64,000 nucleotides of DNA from Octopus sinensis. Taxonomy: Eukaryota. This document shows, one piece after another, positions 1-13,391 of the stretch (its first letter is position 1; each line of letters starts with the position of its first letter). A program made the translations under genes and the position numbers. The notes beneath the pieces were generated by a model. It did no database searches and was not told the origin of the DNA. It was given only the letters and a program-made list of their open reading frames with translations. The stretch lies in the NCBI RefSeq assembly GCF_006345805.1, contig NC_043012.1, positions 47,864,001-47,928,000 on the forward strand, read 5' to 3'.

Positions 1-574
1 ATGCCTTCCATGTGCATGTCACTGCATATCTATCACGCCTTCTCTCAAGCGAATAGAGACTCAGTTCCTTTAGCTTCACCCATTCACTCATCCGTTTCAT
101 CGAATCAATCTTCTTTGTGTAGATGCTAAGTACATTAAATATTTTCACTATTATTATTACACGCATGCTATTTCTGACCAGCTACACGCGTCTAGAGGCT
201 TACTTCGGAATTTCTATTTGGCTATATTTGCGGTACTTATATGTATTCATGACATTGCGTCTGCTCTTCCGTAGGTATGTGTAAGCATTTAATTTATTTT
301 CATTATGTTCTTCGCTGATAAAGGTAAAATCTTTTGGGATTAATCCTGAAATCGGACTGATAGGGAGAAAACTAAAGTTTTACCAATTTCTGTTAGTTTG
401 CTTCCACGTTACGATACATGTGTAGTAATAATAATGAAACTATTTAATGTGGTTAGACGATGTAACGTCTATTTGACCTTATTTATACTTGCGTTTATAA
501 TTTCACCTTAAAAGGTATTTTTTCATATACTGGCCACTGATAAAAATTTTAGCAATTTTATCCTTATATTATAA

Positions 575-626
<52 letters not shown>

Positions 627-628
<2 letters not shown>

Positions 629-770
629 CGGGAAGCTTTATGAAAATAAACAAAAGACGAAGGCAGGTGGAAAACAAACGAACAATTGTATTAGTATGGC
701 GCTCAGGAAATATAAATAAAACAAGTCTTTAACGTTTCGAGCCTACGCTCTTCAACAGAAAGATACACAG
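627..770 (-). mobile_element. Penelope-like element terminal (pLTR) fragment with minimal hammerhead-like motif
   Basis: Reverse complement matches 3990-4130 (CACCTGCCTTCGTCTTTT and CTGTTGAAGAGCGTAGGCTCGAAACGT); ends at (TA)n. Confidence 0.7.
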
Positions 771-791
771 ATATATATATACATATATATA

Positions 792-2420
792 CAGTTGCGG
801 CCAAAATGTTCAGAACGGCATTTTTTTCGTCAGGAAAGTAAGTATAAGTTTTAATCAAAGTCGTTTTATATTCTATAATTTTCACAGACAATAAATACAA
901 TATTAATTGTTATTGTCTGAGATTTTGGTGTAATTTGAGAGGATAATACAAAAGTTATGGATGATTTAGTGATTTACTGCAAAACCCATGGCGGCCAAAA
1001 TGATCAGAACGGTTGAAAAAATAACAAAATAATCAAAAATGAGAGAGAATACTGGAATTATTTAATATTTAGTGTGAAGCCCTTTAGCTTCAATCACACT
1101 CTGACATCTTTGACTGCATGAGGAAATTAAATCTTCAATTTCTTGCTGGGTGATCTTACTCCATTCTTCCTGAAGGGCATTCCATAATTGCTCGGTTGTT
1201 TTAGGATTTCTGGCTTTCGAACGTCCTCCTAGAATATTCCACACATTTTCAATAGGATTGAGATCTGGCTTTGAGCAGGCCATTCCATAACAATAACCTT
1301 TTCAGCCTTGTGGCAGTTCATGACCACCTTAGCCTTGTGACATGGAGCATTGTCCTGCATGAATATGGGTGGTCGCTTAGTTGAATTTCTCAGCACAGGC
1401 AAGACATGATCTTTTACAAGTTGTTTATAAACTTCTGCATTTACCTTTCCATGTAATCGCACCAAAGAGACCACACCATCTGCAGATATCATCCCCCAAA
1501 CCATGACACTTCCTCCACCGAATTTAACACTAGTCTTAAGGCATTTAGGCGACAATTTTTCACCTACTTTTCTACGAACGTACCTTTTCCCATCTGAGCC
1601 AAATAACATAAACTTAGATTCATCACTGAAATGCACCGTTTGCCATTTTTCTTGAGACCACAACACATGTTTGGTTACAAAGGTAAGACGACACTTTTTA
1701 TTCTTGGAGCTGATCAGTGGCTTCACTGCAGATGCTCTTGCTTGTAGGTCATGTTCAACTAAACGACGAGACACAGTTTTTCGAGATAAAGTTTTCTTCA
1801 ATACAATGCTCATTTTCCGAGAAACAGCAGCAGCAGTTTTAAATCTGTCCTTTTTAACCAACTTTACCATAGCACGATCTTCTCTCTTGGTCGTTTTTTC
1901 TTGGCCTACCTGTAAAATTTCTTGCTTCACACGAACCACAATCATCGTAGACCTTAAGAATACCGTGTACAACACTGTTTGACTTGTTAACAATTTTTGC
2001 AATAGATCCAATACTTAAATTATCCTTCCTTCGAAGCTTAATAATCTGCTGACGAATTGGTAACGGAGTAAGTGGCATTATATTAACAAAGTACACTGCA
2101 AATATTATTACTAATGTTTAGTAAACGAACCGTCACGTAAACAAATTCAAAACATTAGAGTTCGCCGGTTAAATATACTAAAACACGGAGTAAAAGCAAC
2201 CGTTCTGATCATTTTGGCCGCCATGGGTTTTGCAGTAAATCACTAAATCATCCATAACTTTTGTATTATCCTCTCAAATTACACCTAAATCTCAGGCAAT
2301 AACAAATAATATCGTATTTATTGTCTGTGAAAATTATAGAATATAAAATAACTTTGATAAAAAATTATATTTACTTTTCTGACGAAAACAATGCCGTTCT
2401 GAACATTTTGGCCGCCACTG
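792..2420 (-). mobile_element. Tc1/mariner DNA transposon, IR/DR (Sleeping Beauty-like) type, full length 1629 bp
   Basis: 224-bp TIRs at 792-1015 and 2197-2420 (about 12 mismatches), each with outer and inner direct repeats GCGGCCAAAATG(T/A)TCAGAACGG; TA on both flanks; encloses a transposase. Confidence 0.95.
1062..2078 (-). pseudogene. Tc1 DD34E transposase with two frameshifts
   Basis: Joining ORFs 1854-2096, 1229-2011 and 1062-1283 gives MPLTP..GRPRK, FSDESKF, GGGSVMVWG, QDNAPCH, WPAQSPDLNPIENVW; 34 residues between second D and E. Confidence 0.93.
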
Positions 2421-2430
2421 TATATATATA

Positions 2431-2516
2431 GGGAAATTTTACGAAAAAAAAACGAAGACAAGTGGTGTACAAAACAAACAGATGTATTAGTATAGCGCTC
2501 AGGAATAGAAAAAGCA

Positions 2517-2520
<4 letters not shown>
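2431..2520 (-). mobile_element. PLE terminal fragment, inverted relative to the adjacent PLE body
   Basis: Homologous to 627-710 (GTATTAGTAT.GCGCTCAGGAA); starts at (TA)n. Confidence 0.6.
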
Positions 2521-2576
<56 letters not shown>

Positions 2577-2599
2577 TACACACACCACTACCCTCTCAC

Positions 2600-4124
2600 T
2601 ACCTCCATTCAATATAAACACACCGACTCACACTCTTACCTTAATTTCTCCTCCTACCACTCCTACCCATACGAAGCTCTCCATCCCCTACTCCCAATTC
2701 TTCCGTCTGCGCAGCTTCTGCAGTGACAATCAGGACTTTGACACTCAGTCTCATCTGATGGCTCACCACTTCATTCTACGTGGATGTCCCCTCGTCAATT
2801 TCCACACAGCTCTTATCGGAACAAGTACCGTGGACCGTGTCTCTCCTGTCTCTCTCTCCCCGCACCCGACCCATCGTTGCTCGTCTCGCGTTTCACCTAA
2901 CCTACCACCTCTCAACGATGCCGCTCCATCGCACCATAATCCCAGCCCTCCGGCGACCCCAGTCCGCCCCATTCTCCACGCACATCTTCCTCTTCCAGCT
3001 CACAACCGGCGTGAACTGGTCCACAGTTCCTGCCTTAACCCCCACCTGGCCTTAACCCCCCAAACTGGCTCGTTCCCCTGCTCCCGCACACGCTGTCGTA
3101 CTTGACCCTACTTCCTCAACATCATCATCCTCCCATGCAGCCATCATCGTCCTTATCACATCACCGACTCCTTTACGTGCACTTTTAACAACGTCATTTA
3201 CTGCGTCTCCTTATCTTTCTGCCCTTCTCTGTACATTGGTCAAACGGGACACAGTTTGGCTGACCGCTGCACGGAGCACCTCTGAGATATCAGGCAACGA
3301 CACGTCGGTTTCGCGCCAGTTCTGCTCTACCGGTCATTCACTACAACACCTGTCTGTGTTCGGGTGGACTTTGCACAGAGGCCATCCAGACTCCCGCCTT
3401 CGCCGTGAACAGAATATATTCTTCTCTCTTCGCTCCTTTGCACCACATGGGCTAAACTCTCCCCTCTCTTCTTCTGACATCTACTTTCTCTCTCAATCCT
3501 ACTCAGCTTCTCTCTTCATTGATACCCCTCCACCTACCCTACCCACACATCTCTACGCCACACGACATCTCCACACCCTCACCCCACATCTCCATCCACT
3601 CACATTACATCACATCATACCTGACCACACTACTCCACAGACACTAGCAATGACCACTTCCCAGCACCCACACCACATACCATCACACCCGCATACCACA
3701 CACCATCATCTTGACACCCACACACCACCATCCGCATACCCACACGTTATAGACGCACACACTTACACACGCACACATCAACACACGTCAATGTGACTAA
3801 TCTCTATCCACACACACACACACACAGATTATTGCATACACACAAACGCACGCGCACCATCGTTTTGGGTTCACCAATACTTTATTGTCTCCCCTTCTTT
3901 CAACCTCTTCCGTTAAACTTTTTTCCCAAACAGTCGCCATGCTTGACCGCTAAATCCTTAAGTTTGTTTTAAAATCTCTTTCTGTATATTTTCTCCTATT
4001 CCTTTCTGTTGAAGAGCGTAGGCTCGAAACGTAAAAGACATTCTCCCTTTGCCAAGCGCCAAACTAAAAACTCTTCTTCTTGTTCATACACCTGCCTTCG
4101 TCTTTTTGTTTTGCTGCAAATTTC

Positions 4125-4130
<6 letters not shown>
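2600..4130 (+). mobile_element. 5'-truncated Penelope-like retroelement (Neptune-type motifs): RT C-terminus, Cys linker, GIY-YIG endonuclease, pLTR
   Basis: Frame-broken translation YKHTDSHSYLNFSS, PYSQFFRLRSFCSD, GSFPCSRTRCRT, NVIYCV..LYIGQTGHSLADRCTEH, RLRREQNIFFSLRSFAPHGLN; terminal repeat ends in (TA)n at about 4130. Confidence 0.88.
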
Positions 4131-4187
<57 letters not shown>

Positions 4188-4199
4188 CATACATATATA

Positions 4200-4242
<43 letters not shown>

Positions 4243-4309
4243 ATATATACACACATATATTTATATATATACACACATATATATATATCCAAAATTAGAA
4301 AATGGACTA

Positions 4310-4430
4310 GATAAAATCTAGGTTACATATATTTCATAGCTAACAGAGCCACGGAAGTAGTAATTATCCAAACTAGGAGAATCTGCTAGCTACACATCGA
4401 GGCAAAGATACCTTACTCAAAAGATACCTT
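4310..4430 (-). repeat. Repeat family with decayed long-stem-II hammerhead; copies at 4310-4430 (-), 5315-5425 (-), 5440-5530 (+)
   Basis: Shared TTCATAGCTAAC..GGAAGTAGTAATTATCCAAAC..AATCTGCTAGCT; the third copy is inverted, forming a hairpin with arms of about 53 bp. Confidence 0.7.
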
Positions 4431-4690
4431 ACTAACGATTAGCCATTTTATCCAAAATGGCTGAGCGTTAGTAAGGAGAGACACAAATAAGAAAGAAGAA
4501 AGCAAATGACCACTGATGATATCACAGAAGTGTGACGAAAGAACTCTGACCGAAATAAGATTAAGATTAATGTAAAAAATAAATAAAGCTGAAGCAAATT
4601 AACACCAAATATATAGTGCGTGTGTTTTTATTGGCTAAACTGGCAACATGACTATCACTAAATACAACAATATATATAATATACACATAC

Positions 4691-4751
<61 letters not shown>

Positions 4752-4765
4752 ATATAATATATAAT

Positions 4766-4900
<135 letters not shown>

Positions 4901-4914
4901 GATTTAGATGAATA

Positions 4915-5170
4915 TGGTACTTAAGTTGAGGCACCAGAATTTAGTACCGTATTATCCATACAATTTCAAAGTAAGGTGATTGAAATCAAAATAAGCAACA
5001 AGGATATCCAGAGGTAATGCAGTACGATCATTTCATGCAACTCCATTTAATTGAACAATGCAATCATTACATCAACATAAAATGCAGAGCAATCTTCAGC
5101 TGCACAAAGACATAGAATGAACACAGATGAACACAGCATAATTATACCTAAAATCTCCAAGGAATTAAAG
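4915..5170 (-). mobile_element. PLE-type terminal repeat carrying the 5018-5104 hammerhead
   Basis: Second, truncated copy at 55925-56020; the 3' end runs into (TATC)n. Confidence 0.6.
5018..5104 (-). ncRNA. Type I hammerhead ribozyme (predicted, core intact)
   Basis: Minus strand UGCAG-CUGAAGA-[extended stem II]-GAAA-U-GAUC-G-UA/CUGCA: 5-bp stem I, canonical core, palindromic loop III, GUA cleavage triplet. Confidence 0.75.
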
Positions 5171-5175
5171 AGATA

Positions 5176-5314
<139 letters not shown>

Positions 5315-7254
5315 AATCTAAGTTACAGATATTCATAGCTAACACAGCCTCGGAAGTAGTAATTATCCAAACGAGGGGAATCTGCTAGCTGCAAGTCGAG
5401 GCAAAGATACCTTACTCAAAAGAAGTTTACATTGTCATCATCTTCGGTCTGAAGAGTATATAACAGATTAGTCTTCGTTTGGATAATTACTTATTCCGAG
5501 GTTCCGCTAGCTATGAAACCAATACAATCAGGATTTAATCTACTCCATTTCCTAAATTTAGGTACACAACAACCTCTGCTGCTAACCGGAAGCTATAAAC
5601 ACATTTTCAGCTTATCGATCTTCGATATGGGTGAGATTTACAACCTTCTACGTCAATAAAAATTTATTTCTCCTGAAATATATACCTTTTATACCTTCAA
5701 CACACTGACAGAAGCTTACTATCTTCTTGTACCTTGTTCCTTGGATATTACCTTTTCACTGACAGACAGACTGACACGCACACACACACACACTCCCACA
5801 CATATACACATGAATGTATATGCGTTTATATATATGCTTGTATATCAGGAAATTTCTCTTGGAATATAAATCAAGCTTAATGGGAAAGAAATAGGCTTAT
5901 TCTCTACATCTGTCCCTGGACATTGAGCCATGTTTCAAGCGAAATTTATGCAAAACATACATGTTAAACTCGCCTTCATTTGCAGCTGACAGAAGAATAA
6001 GTAAGCAAGTGATATTGGTACCCGTATATACAGATGCTGTCACAATTTGTAAAGACATTGTTATCCAGGGAGAGTACCAGGAAAATTGAGAAAATTCATA
6101 CATTTGTTGTTTCCGTATCCAGTGAATGATTCATTTATAATTGCATGCCGGTGAATGCTAAAATCTTATCAATATCAGAAATAAATACTTAATGGTTGAA
6201 ACGGAAGAGTTTTCCTTTGGAGAATTAAGCAAATGCCTTAATTGCAATAGCGAATCGCTTTTCAAAGTAATAATGTACGAATATATATCAAAGAAAATAA
6301 AGTACGGTACGGAGTAGATGAAAAATATAGAAGCATTAGTAGCTTTTGCACACACTGGCATACTATAACAAGTAAATTCTTAAGAATTTAAATACGTCAG
6401 CAGAAAATCCGATAAAACAGTAACGCTATCACTCTATAACAAGGACTTATGCCTATATTCATGCTCCGCTTTCAAAATGTAATATTAATCATTACATTTG
6501 TAAATAGTACTGAGATGAGTATGAATTACTTCAACTTTTGGGATTAATATCTACTTCAGCTCTAGTTAGTGTTGAATGAAACTTCTCAAGGTTACCATTA
6601 ACTGCTTTTCATATATCTTAGACAGCATTACGTCTTTCGTGATGTGTCATCATAATTCCGTATAACCGCTTACAATGCGTCTGTGATATAAAAAATGCTA
6701 TCTGCATTTGCACACTTATATTGTTTTACTTATATTAGCCAGGTGATAAATGATGTTACTTTACTGGGAGAGATGTATTTATAAACTGGAGAAAGACTTT
6801 CTTGTTTAATGATGTTTATACAGACGTGGTTATGCTGTCAAATAATTGCCTTCATTTTTATCATTTTATATATTTTCTTGACTTGTATATCTTGTCGACA
6901 GAACACTGAATGCACCCAGCATAATCATCTTATTTGTCTAAAAGAAATCGTATAGATAAGGTCTATATTTCAACAAGCTACGGCCAGAGATTCACTTAAC
7001 AAAGATATAGAAGACACCTGTAGACTAATCAAATTTGTAACTTTCCTGTTAAGTAATAATGCATCTTACAATATGTAGCTACATAGACTGAACTAGTGGT
7101 GTTGGCAGAAATATTGAGAATATACACACACGCACATATACACATACACATATATATGTGTGTATGTATGTATGTATGTATGTATGTATGTATGTATGCA
7201 TGCATGCATGTATGTATGTATGTATGTATGTATGTATGTATGTATGTATGTATA

Positions 7255-9600
7255 TTCAGAGCTCTGAATTCAAATCGATTTACCACTGCTGGCTTGCAGT
7301 ATCCTTTTGAAGAAAGGCTTAGGAGATGGTACTCCGATATAAAACCTGCGGTCAACTTAGTACTAGTCATGTTGCTTCGCTTGTCACTGGAATCTACTAC
7401 TTTGATCCAGAGGGTGACAAAAGTGTTGTACAAGCGTTTGTCACTGAAATCCAATGAAGTGCAGATGTCCCCGACAAAACACCATCATCGTACAATCATC
7501 ACTTTCCAAAAGTCCTATGGCGATAGAGACGTGGCGTTGTATGCAGACTTGACCAGTTGGAAGCATACAGTTACAAATCTGCACATAAGGCGGCATAGGT
7601 TTTATATTAACGTCGCTAACCATGTTTTCATGGACACGAAGTGTTTTCGGTGAAGGACCCTGTGTCTGAGCAGCCCTTTTAAGAACGCTGACCACCTGGA
7701 TATACTGGAAAGGTGCTAGAAAAGGTGCACTAAATATTGTCTCTTCTCTCTCAGCTGGTTAGGCTATTGCGGCTTACGGTGGTTCCGTTTAGCAGGAATG
7801 AACCAAGAATTGATATAAACAATGATAACAAGTATGCAAGGAATAGGGTTTCTCTTGACCTGGCCTGTCGGAATGTGAGAACTCTTTAAGATCGAGCAGA
7901 TAGGCCTAAACGAAGAACAGCACTAGTAATTAAGGTGCTAAGGCGTTTTAATATTGATATTGCAGCTCTTTCTGAAACATGATGTTCAGATGAGGATCAT
8001 CTTGTCGAAAGAGCGGCGGGTTTTACATTATTCTGGGTTGAGAAGCCGGAAGGAGGGAAAAGAAAAGGGTTTGCAATTAGTAGTGGTTGTGCTAAAAGAC
8101 CTAGAATAACCACAAAGCATAAATACACGCATAGTGAAACTCCAGATGCCTATTTCTTGTGGACGCTTTGTGTTTTCTCTATTTATGCTCCTACACTTTC
8201 AGCAATCAGGAAAATATCCATGCATGAGTAGTTTAGAAGAAGTATTCTGTCAGTCCCTTTGAATAAGAAGATGGTTGTGCTTAGCACGTGTTGGTAGAGA
8301 CTTTCACGTTGGAATGTACTTGGGCGTTATGGAACAACAATGGGTTGCATCCGTTACAAATATACTCTGAGCTAGGATTGATTGTTGGGAATACTTTCTT
8401 TCGGCATAAGAGGAAACATAAGGTTACTTGGATTCATCCAAGACCAAAGCAAGGTCACATGATTGACTTTGTATTAACTCGGAAAGCGGAATACAAGATT
8501 TTTGCTGTCTCAGAGTATTGCGAGCTGCTGATTGTGATACTGATCATAAAATGGTTAGGACCAAGTTCAAGTTCAGGGTCCGTAAGAAGATTCGTAGTAC
8601 TGATGTACGAGTTGCAAAAATTATTGATGTAGAGCAGCTAAAACCGCAATTTTGCGGTCGTCCGTGCCAGGACAAACTTATTTTTGGGAAGGGAACAAGG
8701 TTAGAAGTCGCTGACACCTTTGTTTACCTAGGAAGCACACTATCGAAAAGGGAAGGGAAAGTATTGTATTTGGAAAGCTCGAAAAGTGATTATAGGCGAA
8801 TAAAGCATGTGTATTGTTTTCACTTCTTTATTCAAGTGAGACATGGACCACTTACAAGCGTCACATAAGAATGCTGGAAAGACGTATCTTAAGAGAAAAA
8901 TAGGAATGTTACATATCATATACAGAATTTTGTGCAGGGCACGTTGTAGCGCAACTGGACAACATTTCATCTTGGCTGAAATTAGATGGACGGGACATGT
9001 TATTAGAATAAAAGACGAGCATTTGCCAAAATGGCTTTTTTATAGTGAGCTCAACTCTGGTAAGCGACCACAACATAAGCCGAGGAAAAGGTACAAAGAC
9101 TGTGTGAAGGAAAACCTAAAGAAATTAAATATGAGCAAAAATTATTGGGGAAATGATGCGCCAGATCGGAACGAGTGGAGAGGTGCTGTTAGGACTGGTT
9201 GTAATGCCTGGTGGGAGGGAAAATGATTCAGCACTCTGAACTTAAAAGGGCCTCTCGCAAAGGAACAATTGGAACTGTAAACAACAGTGAACATTGGATA
9301 TGTATTATATGTGACCGTGTTCTGTTGTCAAAAGCAGGATGGGTGAATCATATGAAGTCACATGAACATTGAAATACCCAGATAGGGTATGATCTTGGAC
9401 ACCAACCACCTCGTACGATTTGTGTTATATGGCAAAAAACATGTAAGACATCTGGAGTTATAAGACATATGCTAGGTCACAAAACATACCTTCAGAATCA
9501 GATCCCAAAGGTCAAAGATATAGAAGAAACTTAAATAACATCTGTCACTTGTGTTTTAAACCTGTTAGTCAGCAGATGGTCTTAAAAGTCATCTAATTGC
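7255..9600 (+). mobile_element. RTE-clade LINE, degenerate, with most of the RT core deleted
   Basis: APE motifs NVRTL..DR..RRTALV..NIDIAALSET, VTWIHPR, IDFVLTR; RT tail DTFVYLGSTLS, RWTGHVIR..LPKWLFYSEL..GKRP..KPRKRYKD; C-terminal C2H2-like fingers; preceded by (TATG)n. Confidence 0.88.
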
Positions 9601-10806
9601 TCACCAAGGGAGTGATTGTATTATGCGATTGGGTGTGGTGTGTGTTAATGGGACGGTTATCATTTCTCAAGATGAAGCAATCATCATATATACATATACA
9701 TCCATGCATGTGTACATACATAAATGTACACATAGTGGTATATGCGTGTGTATATACATTTGCCAATATCTGTGCATACATTTTTGAATTTTCCAAAAAG
9801 AGGAAAAAATCACAGCAGAATATAATTGTCTATCATTGTACTAAGGTTACTCGGTGTTGCTACATCGAGATATCGCTGACCTCCTTGAATCATGGCACTG
9901 AGGTTGTTTTATAGTGCACAGTATATTTTAGGTGAGTATTCTTGATATGGAAGTCATTTGATACATCAAAAATAGAAAAATACATATATTAATATGTTAA
10001 ACCGACAAATTTTACATCTTTGAATTTAAACTCGAAACTCAGATGTTTCTAGACGAATTAGCCGCTAAATCTGCCACGAGCGGCTGATCGCATATATCAA
10101 ATGAATCCCACATACCTCGGTGGATGAGTTCTTACAAAGAATTGTGTGAGTTTTAATTGTCCATTGAAATTAATTATTGAAATTTTCCATCAATTTCGGG
10201 GTCTCTCTTTCTAGCAGAACTTTATTTTGGAACGCAGACAAGTAAAGAAATACACTAGGAAGATCACTGTCGCAGCTATGACCGGCACGAAGTGATTCTG
10301 GATGGAGGCGAAAGTTAATTTGATCCCTGTTGCTGTAGGGGAACACTAATTCAGTCGTTACTGTTGTAGGCGAAAGTTAATTCAGTCTCCATTGCTCAGA
10401 GCCGAAATAACTGTGACCCTAAGATACCTGCTGAAAACAAAGTAGGGCATCAATGTGATAGCTTCAGTCGACCTCAACAGAACAACTTGCAGCATCTCTA
10501 TGTTGGTACATTCATTTTTGTTTGAGGTTAAGCTTCTTTGATATCTTCTAAAGTAATCATTTTGAGAAATGACGAGGTTCTAATGGGTTTTATATTACAA
10601 TACGCGCCTAATTCAAGAGAGAAAATTGTTTTAAATTGCATACAACATTTGTACTAATATAGCAACCTTCACTAACTGTTTATGTCATCCCTTATTTTAA
10701 TATTTAAGTACTGCGTCATTTTCACTCTCCTGCCCTCCTTCTTCATCACAAATGTTAAAAAGGGCCAACACCCTAAGGACATTTTATACGGAGATACACA
10801 CACGAA

Positions 10807-10886
<80 letters not shown>

Positions 10887-10944
10887 GTACATACACACAC
10901 ATACATATATATACGTACGGACACATACACATATATATACACAC

Positions 10945-10979
<35 letters not shown>

Positions 10980-11229
10980 GTCTATGCATATACACAGATA
11001 TACTCAAACTTAAATAATCACATCGGCAAGCACACATGCACACGTACACATACACACACTAATACTAAGATACACATATACAAAAGCTGAAATGTGCCTC
11101 TCCAGGGAAATATATCCTCTTCAGTCTCCCATGTAACTGTCACGATCAATAATAATGATAATAATAATAATAATAATATATTATTATATTATTATTATTA
11201 TTATTATTATTGTTATTATTATTATTATT

Positions 11230-11348
11230 ATAGCCCTAATACCCCTTACAATAACCATCAGAGCATCACAACAAATCACACCACATACCTAAGTCACACA
11301 GAGCTGCGCTCGGTAGTGAAGTGAAAGCACGCTATAGAAATAAAACTA

Positions 11349-11351
<3 letters not shown>
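11230..11351 (+). mobile_element. Short 3'-UTR-only copy of an R4/Dong LINE
   Basis: Near identical to 3' end 32466-32565 (TAACCATCAGAGCATCACAAC...AAAACTACTG); followed by (AAT)n. Confidence 0.85.
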
Positions 11352-11432
<81 letters not shown>

Positions 11433-11469
11433 TATAATTATAATAATAATAATAATAATAATAGTAATA

Positions 11470-13317
11470 ATAAGCACATGTCAGTGTGGAAACGAATCTC
11501 CAACTATACCACGCTAATGGAGTACTGACCGCAAAATATATTAATTTCAACTGCGGTATTTCCCAGGTGACTCACTTTCACCTCTAATTTTCTGCATAGC
11601 CCTAATACCCCTTACAAGTGAGCTTAACAGAACAGGGTATAGATACAAAATTGGCGACAAGGAAATAAGTCATCTATTTTATATGGATGACTTAAAACTC
11701 CACGTAAAAGACAATAATTAACTTGAAGGACTGTGAAAGCATTCAATGATGACATTGGGATGGAATTTGGTCTTGATAAAAGTGCCAAGGCCACTTTCCA
11801 GGAGGGGAATCTGAACCCCTCACATCCAGTGAAGCTGGATATTGACACAGTCATAAAAGAACCCGAACAGGAACAAACTTACAATACCTCGGAATAAATT
11901 AAGGTTCTGGCATTCAGCAAAGAAGTATGAAAGAAAAGATCAAGAAGCAACGTTACAGGGGAGTTCGAATAGACCTAAAATCCGAGTTAAATGCACGTAA
12001 CAAGCTGTTAGCTATAAATTCAGTTGTTATTTACTGGAATTCCAGTTGTTATTTACAGTTTCAATGTATTAAACTGGTATATGAGGGAAATAAGGAAGGT
12101 TGACCTGAAAATCTGTAAGCTGCTGACTTGCAATAAGAGGCACCACGTAAAGACGGACGCAGATTATCTTTACCTACCCAGATCTCAAGGAGGTCGAGAC
12201 TTGATCCAATTTGAAATCTCCTACAAAACCACCACAACTGGGCTGGCAAAATATCCTGACATATCTAACGACTAGATGCTAAAGCTCGTTGAAAATCATG
12301 AAAGACCTAAAAAGCTGCATTCTGTTATAAAGGAGAGCAAAATATTTTCAAGTGAGTTTATGCATAATAGGCAAGTTGAACAGCATGATGGAAGTGCAGC
12401 AAATGTAGCTGAATGCAAGATTAAATCAATAGCAAAGGAAAATGCGTTTAGACAATTGGCCGATAGGTGGGAACAAATCCTCTGCATTGCAAATATGTGA
12501 CCCATAGCAAACAAGCTGATGTAGACCAGAAGCACACCCATCAGTGACTACGGAGCTCAAGACTAAAGGCATAGAGTGAAGGCTTTATCTTGGATGCCCA
12601 AGATCAGAGCTTTGTGGCGCGGAACTATCAAGCCAATGTAATGAAGAATGATGTAGACCTAAAGTGCCGATATTGCAACGATGTGATAGAAACAGTGGAC
12701 CACCTAGTCTCTGCATGTAAGGCTTTAGTACCTGTAGAGAACAAATCAAGACATGACAGACTTGGCCAATATCTACACTGTCGGCATTGTAAAATCAAAA
12801 CAGCTGGCAAATGGTACAAGCAACTCCCTGAGGCTGTAACTGAGGGAGAAAATGTAACTATTCCTTGGGACTTCCTAGTATGTACAGACCGGACCATTAA
12901 GGCAAACAAACCAGATATTGTTGTGAAAGACCAAAACAATAAAGTCTGGTTATTAACTGACATGAGCATACCCTGTGACCATAATATCTCCGCAAATAAT
13001 TTGATATGCTCAGAAAATATAAAGATTTGCTCATCGAAATCGAAAAGATGTGGCGTCTGATGACGGTTACAAAACCTGTCATTATAGGAGCATTTGGAAT
13101 GATTAAAATAGGAACTGGAAATTCTTTAAGAATGATCCCTGGTCTACCATCTATACAGAAAGAGCAAAAAAAGTGTTTTAACTGTTACGGCACACGTATT
13201 GAGAAGAGCATCGTCGCCGTTAATTTTCTTTCCCTTTTCCCCTTAAATTTCTTTGCTTATGTTTTTATTTTCTACTTTTTCTCTGTCTTTCTTCCCCGTT
13301 TTATCTATCACATGAAC

Positions 13318-13318
<1 letters not shown>
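11470..13318 (+). mobile_element. R4/Dong-clade RLE non-LTR retrotransposon, 5'-truncated, degenerate
   Basis: RT motifs (F.GDSLSPL, HLFYMDDLKL), CRYC..ETVDHLVSAC, RHD, WDF..TDRTIKANKPDIVVKD..DMSIP..KYKDL; flanked by (AAT)n. Confidence 0.9.

Positions 13319-13391
<73 letters not shown>

Noticed and set aside
5897-6103. 68-aa minus ORF with a hydrophobic stretch, and a plus-strand frame containing DAVTICKDIVIQG
   Set aside because: No convincing splice sites or recognisable family; the receptor-like resemblance is within chance
7300-7400. HDV-like ribozyme at the RTE 5' end (also checked at the Dong 5' end, about 28375)
   Set aside because: Could not build P1/P2/P3 pairings by eye
6902-9931. 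Plus-strand ATD-like peptides (TLNAPSI..LRPE; DIADLLESWH*) and a gtgagt donor at about 9932
   Set aside because: Multiple stops and a loose pattern; likely over-fitting
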